A DNA stretch of 64,000 nt from the NCBI RefSeq assembly GCF_019635515.1, contig NZ_JAHBZI010000002.1, positions 39,664 to 103,663 on the forward strand. The letters run 5' to 3'. Positions 52,139-61,615 of the stretch are shown in pieces. Each line of letters starts with the position of its first letter. The stretch's first letter is position 1. Both the position numbers and the translations under genes were made by a program. The notes below the pieces were generated by a model. The model made no database searches. It was not told the origin of the DNA and saw only the letters and a list, made by a program, of their open reading frames with translations. Origin of the DNA: Sphingomonas sp. GTDB taxonomy: Bacteria; Pseudomonadota; Alphaproteobacteria; Sphingomonadales; Sphingomonadaceae.

Positions 52139-52848
52139 GGACGCACGCGATGCAGCGCACCCTGCGCGCGCTGGCGCTGCTCCTCGGCTATCCGTCGGCC
52201 GAGCTCCAGGCGCATGCGGGGGAAATCCGCGGCGCGCTGGCCGGGGAAGGCGCGCTGCCGCATGCAGTCCTGGCGGGAATGGAGCCGCTGCTCGGCCGGC
52301 TCGAATCATGGGATCTGCTCGACCTGCAGGCCGACTATAGCGAGCTGTTCGACCGCGCCCGCTCGCTTTCGCTCCATCTGTTCGAGCACGTCCATGGCGA
52401 CAATCGCGAGCGCGGGCAGGCGATGATCGATCTCGGGCAGCAATATGTCGACAGCGGCTTCTTCCTCGACGGCGGCGAGTTGCCCGATTTCCTGCCGGTG
52501 TTCCTCGAATTCGTCTCGTGCCTGCCGCTCGCCGAGGGGCGCGAGATGCTCGCGCAGCCGGCGCACGTCTATGCGGCGATCGCCGAGCGGATGGACAAGC
52601 GCAAGACGCCCTATGCGGTGGTCTTCCATGCGCTCGTCGCGCTGACCGGCGGGCGGCCCGACCAGGAGGCGCTCGACGAGCTGCGCGAACGCGAGCCCGA
52701 AGAGGATCCCGTGCGGCTGGATCAGGAATGGGAAGAGGCGCCGGTGACGTTCAATGCCACTGCGGCACATGAAATGGGCGGACCCACCGGCGTCGTCGCC
52801 AAGATCAGGGCGGCGAACCGCGCGGAAGCAAAGGAGACAGGCCGATGA
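52135..52848 (+). CDS. narJ: Nitrate reductase molybdenum cofactor assembly chaperone
   Basis: SLHLFEHVHGD.RERGQAM and ELPDFLPVFLEF. Confidence 0.95.
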   Translation: MRTHAMQRTLRALALLLGYPSAELQAHAGEIRGALAGEGALPHAVLAGMEPLLGRLESWDLLDLQADYSELFDRARSLSLHLFEHVHGDNRERGQAMIDLGQQYVDSGFFLDGGELPDFLPVFLEFVSCLPLAEGREMLAQPAHVYAAIAERMDKRKTPYAVVFHALVALTGGRPDQEALDELREREPEEDPVRLDQEWEEAPVTFNATAAHEMGGPTGVVAKIRAANRAEAKETGR

Positions 52849-53639
52849 ACGGCTTCATCAATCAGCTGGCGTTCGGCTGGTATCCGTATCTGGCGGTCAC
52901 CGTGCTCGTCGTCGGCAGCATCCTGCGCTTCGACGCCAGCCAATATAGCTGGCGGGCGCAGTCGAGCCAGTTCCTGCGCCGCAAGCAGATGATGATCGGC
53001 TCGAACCTGTTCCATATGGGCGTGCTCGTGCTGCTGTTCGGCCATTTCGTCGGGTTGCTGACTCCGGTGACGGTGATCGACCGGCTGGGCATCGGGCACG
53101 AGTTCAAGCAGGTGGCGGCGCTCGTCGTCGGCGGCATCGCCGGCGTGGCGGCGTTCATCGGCTGCTCGCTGCTGCTCCACCGCCGCCTGTTCGACCCGCG
53201 CATCCGGCGCAGCTCGTCCTGGGGCGACATCGCCGTGCTGGTGCTGATCTGGTGCCAGCTCTCGCTCGGCATCCTCACCACCTGGTGGACGATGCAGCAT
53301 ATGGACGGCAGCGAGATGCTGCGTTTCATGCGCTGGGCCAACGGCATCCTGACGCTCAATCCCGGCGCGCCGGAGAGCATCCAGGATGTGGCCTTGGTCT
53401 ACAAGCTCCACATCATCCTGGGGCTCACCCTGTTCCTGATCACGCCGTTCACGCGGCTGGTGCATATCTGGAGCGCGCCGATCTGGTTCCTGCTGCGTCC
53501 GGGCTTCCAGATCGTGCGGTCGCGCCGTCCGCTCGGGGCGAGCCATTCGCCGATGCGCGGGCCCGCGGGTGTCGCGCCGAGCTATGGTGGCACCACGGTG
53601 CTGCGCCAGCAGGCCGAGGAGGGGCAGGCGGGGGCATGA
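52845..53639 (+). CDS. narI: Respiratory nitrate reductase gamma subunit (cytochrome b)
   Basis: YPYLA, W.AQSSQFL, FHMG...GH, H..LG..LF...PFTRLVH heme ligands; C-terminal extension. Confidence 0.95.
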   Translation: MNGFINQLAFGWYPYLAVTVLVVGSILRFDASQYSWRAQSSQFLRRKQMMIGSNLFHMGVLVLLFGHFVGLLTPVTVIDRLGIGHEFKQVAALVVGGIAGVAAFIGCSLLLHRRLFDPRIRRSSSWGDIAVLVLIWCQLSLGILTTWWTMQHMDGSEMLRFMRWANGILTLNPGAPESIQDVALVYKLHIILGLTLFLITPFTRLVHIWSAPIWFLLRPGFQIVRSRRPLGASHSPMRGPAGVAPSYGGTTVLRQQAEEGQAGA

Positions 53640-54544
53640 GCCGGCGCCTCGACGTCATCAACCTCGGCGATCCGGAGCAGCGTCGCCGCGCTCCGGCGAT
53701 GCCGAGCACGTGCGAGAGCCATGGCTGCGGCGGGCCCGAGCCGATGCTGCCCCCGCCGCCGAGCTTCGGCGAGGTCAGGGTGAACGGCGTCGAGATCGCG
53801 CCCGAGGCGATCGCGCGCGAGATCCAGCACCATCCCGCGCCCGATGCCGAGAGTGCCTGGATCGAGGCCGCGCGCGCGCTGGCGGTGCGCGAACTGCTGC
53901 TCCAGGAGGCCCGGCGGCTGGGGATCGAGGCGGAGCCCGAGACGGACGAGGCGGGGCGCGTCGAGGCGGACGATGACGCGCTGGTCCGCCGGTTGCTCGA
54001 GGAAGAAGTCGAGCCGGAACGCGCGGGCGAGGCGGAGTGCTGGCGCTATTACGGCGCCAACGAAGCTCGCTTCCGCACCCCCGAATTGTTCGAGGCCGGC
54101 CATATCCTGATCGAGCCCGAAGGCGAGGGCGCGGACGCCTGGGAGGCCGCCGAGGCGCGCGCGCGGGAGATCGCGCACGCGGTGGCGGACGATCCCGCCG
54201 CCTTCGCCGCGGCCGCGCGCGCGCATTCGGGCTGCGCGTCGGCGCAGCAGGACGGCTCGCTGGGCCAGATCCGGCGCGGCGAGCTCGTGCCCGCGGTCCA
54301 GGCGGGCCTCGAGACGCTGGCCGAAGGTGCCACCGGCCGCGAGCCGGTGCGCTCGCGTTTCGGATGGCACGTTCTCAGGCTCCAGCGGCGCATCTCCGGC
54401 CGCACGCTCCCGTTCGATATCGTCCGGCCGAAGATCGCCGACATGCTGGAGGCGCGAAGCTGGTCGGTGGCCGCCGCCCGCTATGTCGCCGCGCTCGCCG
54501 CGCGCGGCGAAGTCGAAGGCGTGCGGATCGAGGGGGCGGGCTGA
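53636..54544 (+). CDS. PpiC/NifM-like peptidyl-prolyl isomerase of the nar operon
   Basis: EAGHILI, F...AR.HS.C.SA..DGSLG and VRSRFGWHV rotamase motifs; ATGA coupling to narI. Confidence 0.88.
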   Translation: MSRRLDVINLGDPEQRRRAPAMPSTCESHGCGGPEPMLPPPPSFGEVRVNGVEIAPEAIAREIQHHPAPDAESAWIEAARALAVRELLLQEARRLGIEAEPETDEAGRVEADDDALVRRLLEEEVEPERAGEAECWRYYGANEARFRTPELFEAGHILIEPEGEGADAWEAAEARAREIAHAVADDPAAFAAAARAHSGCASAQQDGSLGQIRRGELVPAVQAGLETLAEGATGREPVRSRFGWHVLRLQRRISGRTLPFDIVRPKIADMLEARSWSVAAARYVAALAARGEVEGVRIEGAG

Positions 54545-54855
54545 TGATGCTGGGCGACCTGCTCGCGGCGGCGCGCGATTCCGCAGGCGGGTTCCTGCGG
54601 TGGCTGCACGGCTCGGACCCGGAGCTTGCCGAGCAGGTGGCGGCGGCTGCGGCGCGCGAGGGTCTTGCGCCGGGATCCTATGTCCGTGCCGCGGTCGCCG
54701 ATTTCGCGCGCTTCGCGAGTGAGGAGGATTGGGCTAGTTTGACCTCGGCGATGCGCGACGATGTCGATCCGGGCACGATATGCCTGCTGGCGATGGTCCA
54801 CTGGCGCCTGACCGCGCCCGGCTGCGCCGCGCACGCGGGAAGCAATATTGGCTGA
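54544..54855 (+). CDS. Hypothetical protein (103 aa), translationally coupled to the PPIase
   Basis: TGATG overlap and GC-rich coding bias; 3' part of track ORF 54037-54855. Confidence 0.7.
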   Translation: MMLGDLLAAARDSAGGFLRWLHGSDPELAEQVAAAAAREGLAPGSYVRAAVADFARFASEEDWASLTSAMRDDVDPGTICLLAMVHWRLTAPGCAAHAGSNIG

Positions 54856-54867
54856 GAGGAGTGCGCG

Positions 54868-55077
54868 ATGCGCGACGATGACCGACTGCCGGCGAGCGAC
54901 GCGCCCCTCAACCCGGCGCTCAAGAGCGGGATCGAGACGAGCGTCGATACCGAACGCACCACCCCCGCGCCGATCGAGACCGCGTCAGCGAAGGAAGGCG
55001 AGGGCGAAGGCTGGCCGGTGATCTGGCTGGTCGTGGTCGTCTCGTGCGTCGCGCTGACGGTCTATCTCCTGCTCTGA
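54868..55077 (+). CDS. Small membrane protein (69 aa) with a C-terminal TM helix
   Basis: GAGGAG Shine-Dalgarno; acidic N-terminus; hydrophobic C-terminus WPVIWLVVVVSCVALTVYLLL. Confidence 0.65.
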   Translation: MRDDDRLPASDAPLNPALKSGIETSVDTERTTPAPIETASAKEGEGEGWPVIWLVVVVSCVALTVYLLL

Positions 55078-55086
55078 CGCGCTGAA

Positions 55087-55100
55087 TTGATCCATCGCAT
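55087..55100 (+). promoter_or_regulatory. Fnr/FixK-type box upstream of ubiM
   Basis: TTGATCCATCGCAT, centred about 52 bp upstream of ATG 55146, the same distance as the moaB box. Confidence 0.55.
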
Positions 55101-55145
55101 ATCGGATCGAGGGCGCGCATCCGAGCGTCGAACCGAGGAGCGGAG

Positions 55146-56312
55146 ATGCAGGACGACATCATCATCGTCGGCGCGGGGCCGGCCGGGCTGAGCCTTGCCA
55201 ACTCGCTGGCGGGGCACGGCCTCTCCATCGCCCTGGTCGAGCGCCAATCGCTGGAGCAGCTGGAGGCCCCGGAGTTCGACGGCCGCGAGATCGCGCTCAC
55301 CCATCGCTCGGTCGGTATCCTCAATGGGCTTTCGGTCTGGCCCGAACTCGCTGCCGAAGCCGCACCCATGCGCGAGGCGCGGGTATTGAACGGTGCATCT
55401 CCCTTCGCCCTGACCTTTGATTCCGGCCAGGCGATCGAAGGGCTGTTGGGATGGCTCGTGCCGAACCACGCGATCCGCCGCGCGCTCTATCGGGCCGTGC
55501 TATCGCGACCCGATGTGCGGATTGTGACCGGGGCCGAGGCGGCTGCGGTCCACACCCGCGCATCGGGCGCCGAGTTGCGGCTGCGCGATGGGCGCTCGCT
55601 TCGCGGCCGCCTGCTCGTCGCCGCCGATTCGAGGATGTCGGCGGTCCGCGACATGCTGGGCATTTCCGCGCATATTCGCCGCACCGGCCGCGCGATGCTG
55701 GTATGCCGCATGGAGCATGACGGCGATCATGCGCGAACCGCGACCGAATGGTTCGATCACGGCCAGACGCTGGCGCTCCTGCCGCTGAACGGGCGTATGT
55801 CGTCGGCGGTGATCACGCTGCCGTCGCACGAGGCCGAGCGGCTGATGGCGCTCGGCACCGAAGCGTTCGAGGCCGAGATGGAGCGCCGCTTCGCCCATCG
55901 CATGGGCCGGATGCGGCTCGCCAGCTCGCGGCATCTCTATCCGCTGACCATCACCTGGTCGCGCCATTTCGCGGCGACACGCGCGGCGCTGGTCGGCGAT
56001 GCCGCGGTGGGGATGCATCCGGTGACCGCGCACGGCTTCAATCTCGGGCTGCTTGGCCAGCACGGGCTCGCGCGGCAGGTGCTCCGCGCGGCGCGGCGCG
56101 GAGGCGATCCCGGCGCCGAGGGCCCGCTTAAGCGCTACGAGGCGCTCCACCGGCTCGCCTGCCGTCCGCTCTACGACGCGACCAACGCGCTGGTGGCGCT
56201 CTACACCCGCGAAAGTCCCGTCGCGCGCCTGGCCCGGCCCGCCGTGCTGAGGCTGGGACAACGGTTGCCGCTGGCGCGGCGGGGGATCGGCGCGCTGCTC
56301 GCCCAGCGTTAG
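55146..56312 (+). CDS. ubiM: UbiM-like FAD-dependent ubiquinone hydroxylase
   Basis: IVGAGPAGL, PEFDGREIALTHRS, AADSR.S..R, TATEWFDHGQTLALLPL and GDAAVGMHPVTAHGFNLGL, typical of the UbiM clade as I recall it. Confidence 0.78.
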   Translation: MQDDIIIVGAGPAGLSLANSLAGHGLSIALVERQSLEQLEAPEFDGREIALTHRSVGILNGLSVWPELAAEAAPMREARVLNGASPFALTFDSGQAIEGLLGWLVPNHAIRRALYRAVLSRPDVRIVTGAEAAAVHTRASGAELRLRDGRSLRGRLLVAADSRMSAVRDMLGISAHIRRTGRAMLVCRMEHDGDHARTATEWFDHGQTLALLPLNGRMSSAVITLPSHEAERLMALGTEAFEAEMERRFAHRMGRMRLASSRHLYPLTITWSRHFAATRAALVGDAAVGMHPVTAHGFNLGLLGQHGLARQVLRAARRGGDPGAEGPLKRYEALHRLACRPLYDATNALVALYTRESPVARLARPAVLRLGQRLPLARRGIGALLAQR

Positions 56313-56329
56313 GCGGCGAGCGGCAGCGC

Positions 56330-57544
56330 TTAGGCTGCCAGCCTGAGCTCGAGCCTGCCCCAGATTTCGGTGAGAGCGTTGACGAGATCGCGCATCATGG
56401 GTTCGTCATGCGCGGGTCCGGGCGTGAAGCGCAGCCGCTCGGTGCCGCGGGGCACGGTGGGGTAGTTGATCGGCTGGACGTAGACGCCATATTCGGCGAG
56501 CAGCACATCGCTGATCTTCTTGGCCTTGACCGGATCGCCGACCATCAGCGGGACGATGTGCGTGGTCGAGGCGAGGACGGGGAGACCGGCCTCCGCCATC
56601 ATCGCCTTGAGCTTGGCGGCGGCGGCGTGCTGGCCGTCGCGCTCGGCGGTCGAGCCCTTGAGGTGCTTGACCGACGCCAGCGCGCCGGCGACCAGCACCG
56701 GCGACAGGCTGGTGGTGAAGATGAAGCCCGGCGCGTAAGAGCGGATCACGTCGATGATCATCTGGTCGGCGGCGATATAGCCGCCCATCACTCCGAACGC
56801 CTTGCCGAGCGTGCCTTCGAGGATGGTGATGCGGTGGGCGACTTCGTCGCGCTCGGTGATGCCGCCGCCGCGCGGGCCGTACATGCCGACGGCATGGACC
56901 TCGTCGCAATAGGTCAGCGCGTTGTACTTGTCGGCGAGGTCGCAGATCCCGGCGATCGGGGCGATGTCGGCATCCATCGAATAGACGCTCTCGAACGCGA
57001 TCAGCTTGGGCAGCGCGGGGTCGTCGGCGGCCAGCAGCTCCTCGAGATGGGCGAGATCGTTGTGGCGGAACACGCGCTTCTCGCAGCCCGAATTGCGGAT
57101 GCCGGCGATCATCGAGGCGTGGTTCAGCTCGTCCGAATAGACGATGCAGCCGGGCAGGATTTTGGCCAGCGTCGCCAGCGTCGCTTCGTTCGAGACATAG
57201 CCCGAGGTGAACAACAGCGCGTTTTCCTTGCCGTGGAGATCGGCCAGCTCGCGCTCCAGCTCGATATGGTAATGGGTGTTGCCGCCGATGTTGCGCGTGC
57301 CGCCAGAGCCGGCGCCGACGTCGTGCAGCGCCTCCTCCATCGCCGCGATCACCTTGGGATGCTGGCCCATCGCCAGATAGTCGTTCGAGCACCACACCGT
57401 GATCGGCTTCGGTCCGTTATGCCCCGCGAAACACCGCGCATTGGGAAACATCCCCTTGTTACGCAATATGTCGATGAACACACGGTACCGTCCCTCCGCA
57501 TGCAACCGGTCAATAGCGCCGGCGAAAATCTGCTCGTAATCCAA
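56330..57544 (-). CDS. hemA: 5-aminolevulinate synthase
   Basis: [49 protein letters not shown] and INYPTVP.GTERLR. TTG start (MDYEQIF). Confidence 0.95.
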   Translation of the reverse strand: MDYEQIFAGAIDRLHAEGRYRVFIDILRNKGMFPNARCFAGHNGPKPITVWCSNDYLAMGQHPKVIAAMEEALHDVGAGSGGTRNIGGNTHYHIELERELADLHGKENALLFTSGYVSNEATLATLAKILPGCIVYSDELNHASMIAGIRNSGCEKRVFRHNDLAHLEELLAADDPALPKLIAFESVYSMDADIAPIAGICDLADKYNALTYCDEVHAVGMYGPRGGGITERDEVAHRITILEGTLGKAFGVMGGYIAADQMIIDVIRSYAPGFIFTTSLSPVLVAGALASVKHLKGSTAERDGQHAAAAKLKAMMAEAGLPVLASTTHIVPLMVGDPVKAKKISDVLLAEYGVYVQPINYPTVPRGTERLRFTPGPAHDEPMMRDLVNALTEIWGRLELRLAA

Positions 57545-57710
57545 CGCTCGTCCCCACCCGGATTGCTGATGGGAGGCTTTTATCGAGTGCATTGGCGGCC
57601 GGGTATCCGGTCGTTCCCCTCCGGTGTGTCCCCTAGGTCGGTCACCCGAATTTTCGCTCGCCCCGCCGCCGCCTATCGGACAACCCTCTCGAATTCCGAA
57701 GGGGGATACA

Positions 57711-59984
57711 ATGCACTCCAGGAAGTTGTGGCTGTGGCTGGGGGCGATATTTGTGCTCTCGTTCGCGGTCCTCGGCCTTATCGGCCGGGAAATCTATGTG
57801 AAGGCGCCGCCGGTGCCCGAGACGGTGGTCACCACGCAGGGCGACATCGTCTACACCAAGGACCAGATCCAGTCCGGCCGCGAAGCCTGGCAGACGCTGG
57901 GCGGCATGCAGCTCGGCTCGGTCTGGGGCCATGGCGGCTATGTCGCGCCGGATTGGGGCGCCGACTGGCTCCACCGCGAAGCGCTCGCGCTGCTCGACAT
58001 CTGGGCGCAGAAGGAGAAGGCCAAGCCCTTCGCCCAGCTCGGTGCGGAAGAGCAGGCATCACTCCGGGAGCGGCTCAAGACCGAGCTTCGCACAAACAGC
58101 TACGATGCCAAGACCGGCGCGATCACCGTGTCGGCGGAGCGCGCGCAGGCGATGGCGCAGGTCGGGGATCATTATGCCCGGCTGTTCAGCAGTGATCCCC
58201 GGCTTACGCACCTGCGCGAGCAATATGCGATTCCCGAGCGTTCGCTCGTCCGCGCACGCGACCGTACCGATATCGGCGCCTTCTTCTTCTGGACCGCCTG
58301 GACCAGCGTGACGCAGCGGCCGGACGATACGATCAGCTACACCAACAACTGGCCGCACGAGCCGCTGGTCGGCAACACGCCTTCGGCCTCGCTTGGCATG
58401 TGGTCGATCGCGAGCGTGCTGTTCCTGATCGCCGGGGTGGGCTGGCTGACCTGGCATCAGGCGCGCCGCGGCGAGGACGAGCATGCCGAGGCGCCGGCGG
58501 CCGATCCGCTGCTCGGCATGACGCCGACGCCGTCGATGAAGGCGTCGCTCAAATATTTCTACACCGCGCTCGCCTTGTTCCTGACGCAGGTGCTGCTGGG
58601 CGCGATCACCGCCCATTACGCAGTGGAGGGCCACGACTTCTACGGCATCGCGATATCCGACGTCATCCCCTATGCCCTGACCCGTACCTGGCACACGCAA
58701 CTAGGCATATTCTGGATCGCCACCGCGTGGCTGGCGACCGGGCTGTACGTCGCGCCGATGCTCTCGGGCCACGAGCCCAAATTCCAGCGGTTTGGCGTCA
58801 ACCTGCTCTGGGTGGCGCTGCTCGTCGTCGTCGTCGGATCGTTCGCGGGCGAATGGTTCGCGATCCAGCAGAAGCTCGGGCACGGCGCCAATTTCTGGTT
58901 CGGCCACATGGGCTACGAGTTCGTCGATCTGGGCCGCTTCTGGGCGATCCTGCTGTTCGCTGGGCTGATGATCTGGTTGACCCTGGTCGGCCGGGCATTG
59001 TGGCCGGCGCTCAAGACCCCGACCGAGAGCCGCGGGCTGATCGGCATGGTGTTCGTCTCGACGATCTGCATCGGCCTGTTCTTCGGTGCGGCGCTGACCT
59101 GGGGGCGGCACAGCCCGCTGTCGATGATCGAGTATTTCCGCTGGTGGGTGGTCCATCTGTGGGTCGAGGGCTTCTTCGAGGTCTTCGCCACGGCGGTGAT
59201 TGCGCTCATCTTCGCGGGGCTCGGTCTGGTGCGCGCCCGGGCGGCGAACACCGCGGTGGTCTTCTCGACCGCGGTGTTCCTGACCGGCGGCATCCTCGGC
59301 ACGCTCCACCACCTCTATTTCTCCGGCACCACGACTCCGATCATCGCCTGGGGCGCGATGTTCTCGGCGCTCGAAGTCGTGCCGCTGGCGCTGTTGGGGG
59401 TGGAGGCGTTCCACAACTATCGCATGACCAAGGCCGCGCCCTGGGTGCAGACCTACAAATGGCCGATCCTGTTCTTCGTGGCGGTGTCGTTCTGGAACCT
59501 GGTCGGCGCCGGCATCCTCGGCTTCGCGATCAATCCGCCGATCTCGCTCTACTATGTTCAGGGCCTCAACCTGACGGCGAGCCACGGCCATGCCGCGCTG
59601 TTCGGGGTCTATGGCATGCTCGGCATCGGGCTGATGCTGTTCTGCCTGCGCACCACCTTCCGCGGTGCCAACTGGTCGGACGCGCTGCTCAAGCCCGTGT
59701 TCTGGACGCTCAATCTCGGGCTCGCCGGCATGGTGTTCCTGAGTCTCGTGCCCGCCGGGCTGTACCAGGCGTATCACAGCGTCACCAACAGCTTCTGGTA
59801 CGCGCGCTCGCCGGAGATCGTCCACAGCCGCGTCATGGAGACCCTGGTATGGATGCGCGTGCCCGGCGACATCGTGTTCGGCACCGGCGCGATCGTGCTG
59901 GCGCTGTTCATGGCGCGGCTGCTCTTCGCGCGGCGCGGGCCGCGCGGCGTCTATGCCGAGCCGGAGCTGGTGCCCGCCGAATAA
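57711..59984 (+). CDS. norB: Quinol-dependent nitric oxide reductase (qNor, single subunit)
   Basis: [38 protein letters not shown] and [11 protein letters not shown]; 757 aa with N-terminal periplasmic domain. Confidence 0.95.
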   Translation: MHSRKLWLWLGAIFVLSFAVLGLIGREIYVKAPPVPETVVTTQGDIVYTKDQIQSGREAWQTLGGMQLGSVWGHGGYVAPDWGADWLHREALALLDIWAQKEKAKPFAQLGAEEQASLRERLKTELRTNSYDAKTGAITVSAERAQAMAQVGDHYARLFSSDPRLTHLREQYAIPERSLVRARDRTDIGAFFFWTAWTSVTQRPDDTISYTNNWPHEPLVGNTPSASLGMWSIASVLFLIAGVGWLTWHQARRGEDEHAEAPAADPLLGMTPTPSMKASLKYFYTALALFLTQVLLGAITAHYAVEGHDFYGIAISDVIPYALTRTWHTQLGIFWIATAWLATGLYVAPMLSGHEPKFQRFGVNLLWVALLVVVVGSFAGEWFAIQQKLGHGANFWFGHMGYEFVDLGRFWAILLFAGLMIWLTLVGRALWPALKTPTESRGLIGMVFVSTICIGLFFGAALTWGRHSPLSMIEYFRWWVVHLWVEGFFEVFATAVIALIFAGLGLVRARAANTAVVFSTAVFLTGGILGTLHHLYFSGTTTPIIAWGAMFSALEVVPLALLGVEAFHNYRMTKAAPWVQTYKWPILFFVAVSFWNLVGAGILGFAINPPISLYYVQGLNLTASHGHAALFGVYGMLGIGLMLFCLRTTFRGANWSDALLKPVFWTLNLGLAGMVFLSLVPAGLYQAYHSVTNSFWYARSPEIVHSRVMETLVWMRVPGDIVFGTGAIVLALFMARLLFARRGPRGVYAEPELVPAE

Positions 59985-59994
59985 GGTCCCCCTC

Positions 59995-60028
59995 GGGCCG
60001 GTCTCGCATGCGAGACCGGCCCATTTTT
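59995..60028 (+). terminator. Intrinsic terminator after norB
   Basis: Perfect 28-bp palindrome GGGCCGGTCTCGCATGCGAGACCGGCCC followed by ATTTTT. Confidence 0.8.
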
Positions 60029-60049
60029 CGAATTTCAGGAAAGTCCACG

Positions 60050-61249
60050 ATGAAACCCGACAGCGAAATCCACGCGCGGCTGATGCGCCTCCCGCCGGTC
60101 TTGCGCGGCGGGTTTCGTCCCTTCTTCCTCGGCGGTGCACTATGGGCGCTCGCGGTGGTCGCCTTGTGGGTGTGCGTCCTGTCGGGCGGCGTCACGTTGC
60201 CCACCGCCTTCGATCCGCTTGCCTGGCACCGCCACGAGATGCTGTTCGGCTATCTGGGCGCGGTCGTCGCGGGCTTTCTGCTGACCGCGATCCCCAACTG
60301 GACCGGGCGCACGCCGATCGCCGGGGCGCCGCTGGCCGGGCTGTTCGCCCTCTGGGTCGCCGGCAGGCTGGCGGTGTTCTTCTCCGCTGCCGCCGGGCCC
60401 GCGGTCGCGCTGGTCCTCGATACCGGCTTCCTCGCCGTCATGGCGCTCATCGCCGCGCGCGAGGTCATCGCCGCGAAGAACCGGAATTTTCCGATCGTCG
60501 CGGCGGTCGGCTTGTTCGCTGCGGCCAATGCGCTCGATCACATGGAAGCGCTCGGCGTCCCTGTCCCGGCGGGACTCGGCTGGCGCTGCGGATTCGCGAT
60601 CGTCCTGCTGCTCGTGTCGCTGATCGGCGGGCGGATCATCCCCGCCTTCACGCGCAACTGGCTGGTCAAGCAAGGGCGCGAGCGGGGGCTTCCCGTCCAG
60701 ACGAACCGCTTCGACATCGCCACCTTGCTGACGACCGCGCTCGCACTGTTCGCCTGGGCGGCCTCGCCCGACAGCAGCGCGAGCGGCGGGTTGCTGATCG
60801 CCGCCGGCCTGCTGCAGACGATCCGGCTCGCGCGCTGGTCGGGCTTGCGGACGTGGCGCGAGCCGATCGTGCTCATCCTGCACATTTCCTATGCGTGGCT
60901 GCCGCTCGGGCTGCTGGTGCTCGGCGGCAGCGCCTTCGTCTGGTGCATCCCGGTCTCGGCCGCGACGCATGCGCTGAGCGCCGGAGCGATGGCGTCGATG
61001 ACGCTGGCGGTGATGACGCGGGCGTCGCTCGGCCATACCGGCCGCGAGCTCCGCGCCGATGGCTGGACGCAGGCGATCTATGCGCTCGTCACCGCCGGCG
61101 CGGCGCTGCGCTTCGCGGCGCCGATGCTCCCCGTCGATTATATGCCCGGGATCGCCGCCGCCGGGGCGCTGTGGGGCGCGGCGTTCCTGCTGTTCGTGCT
61201 CGCTTACGGGCCGAAGCTGCTCGGGCCGCGGCCCGACGGCATGCCCTGA
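60050..61249 (+). CDS. nnrS: NnrS family heme-copper membrane protein (NO tolerance)
   Basis: GFRPFFLGG, WHRHEMLFGY..AVVAGFLLTAIPNWTG, GGRIIPAFTRN, LHISY.W and GHTGR.L. 3' part of track ORF 58400-61249. Confidence 0.93.
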   Translation: MKPDSEIHARLMRLPPVLRGGFRPFFLGGALWALAVVALWVCVLSGGVTLPTAFDPLAWHRHEMLFGYLGAVVAGFLLTAIPNWTGRTPIAGAPLAGLFALWVAGRLAVFFSAAAGPAVALVLDTGFLAVMALIAAREVIAAKNRNFPIVAAVGLFAAANALDHMEALGVPVPAGLGWRCGFAIVLLLVSLIGGRIIPAFTRNWLVKQGRERGLPVQTNRFDIATLLTTALALFAWAASPDSSASGGLLIAAGLLQTIRLARWSGLRTWREPIVLILHISYAWLPLGLLVLGGSAFVWCIPVSAATHALSAGAMASMTLAVMTRASLGHTGRELRADGWTQAIYALVTAGAALRFAAPMLPVDYMPGIAAAGALWGAAFLLFVLAYGPKLLGPRPDGMP

Positions 61250-61363
61250 TCGCGGCCTCCGGGAAGCGGCTCCGGGATACTCCCTAGGGTCAACATCCCA
61301 ATTTGCCGCGGCGGCCCGGGAGTGCATCCCGAAGCGGGGACTCAGAAAGCCGAGGACAGGCAT

Positions 61364-61615
61364 ATGCTTAAGACCGAACCAGCGCTCACGTCGCGCGACG
61401 TTGCGGCCGTATGGCCGACCGCGACCCTGATGGCGCCGCTTCCGGTCATCGATTTCGGCACCGCGCGGCCGCGCCCGCCGCGCGATGGCGCGCCACGGCG
61501 TGACGCCGTCGCCGCGCCTCGTGCCTGGTGGCGCCTGTCGGCGCTGTTGCGGCTGCGCGTGCTCGGGCCGCAACCGGCGGGGGCGGGGCTGTGCCATGAA
61601 CGTTATCGAGTTTGA
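61364..61615 (+). CDS. Small hypothetical protein (83 aa)
   Basis: GAGGA Shine-Dalgarno before ATG 61364; overlaps the nfu start by 20 bp. No family recognised. Confidence 0.4.
   Translation: MLKTEPALTSRDVAAVWPTATLMAPLPVIDFGTARPRPPRDGAPRRDAVAAPRAWWRLSALLRLRVLGPQPAGAGLCHERYRV

Noticed and set aside
57579-57592. TTTATCGAGTGCAT as an Fnr/NnrR box for hemA/norB
   Set aside because: Too many mismatches to call, although some Crp/Fnr or NO-responsive site is expected in this interval.
58400-61249. 949-aa ORF suggesting a giant NnrS fusion
   Set aside because: The first ~550 codons are an off-frame, Arg/Ala-rich read of norB and cross a terminator; NnrS starts at 60050 after its own Shine-Dalgarno.
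57629-61291. Shared CCCTAGG motif upstream of norB (57631) and the 83-aa ORF (61282) as a NarL-like or novel operator
   Set aside because: Only 7 bp, poor fit to the NarL 7-2-7 arrangement, and CTAG occurs in many -10 regions in this window; insufficient support.
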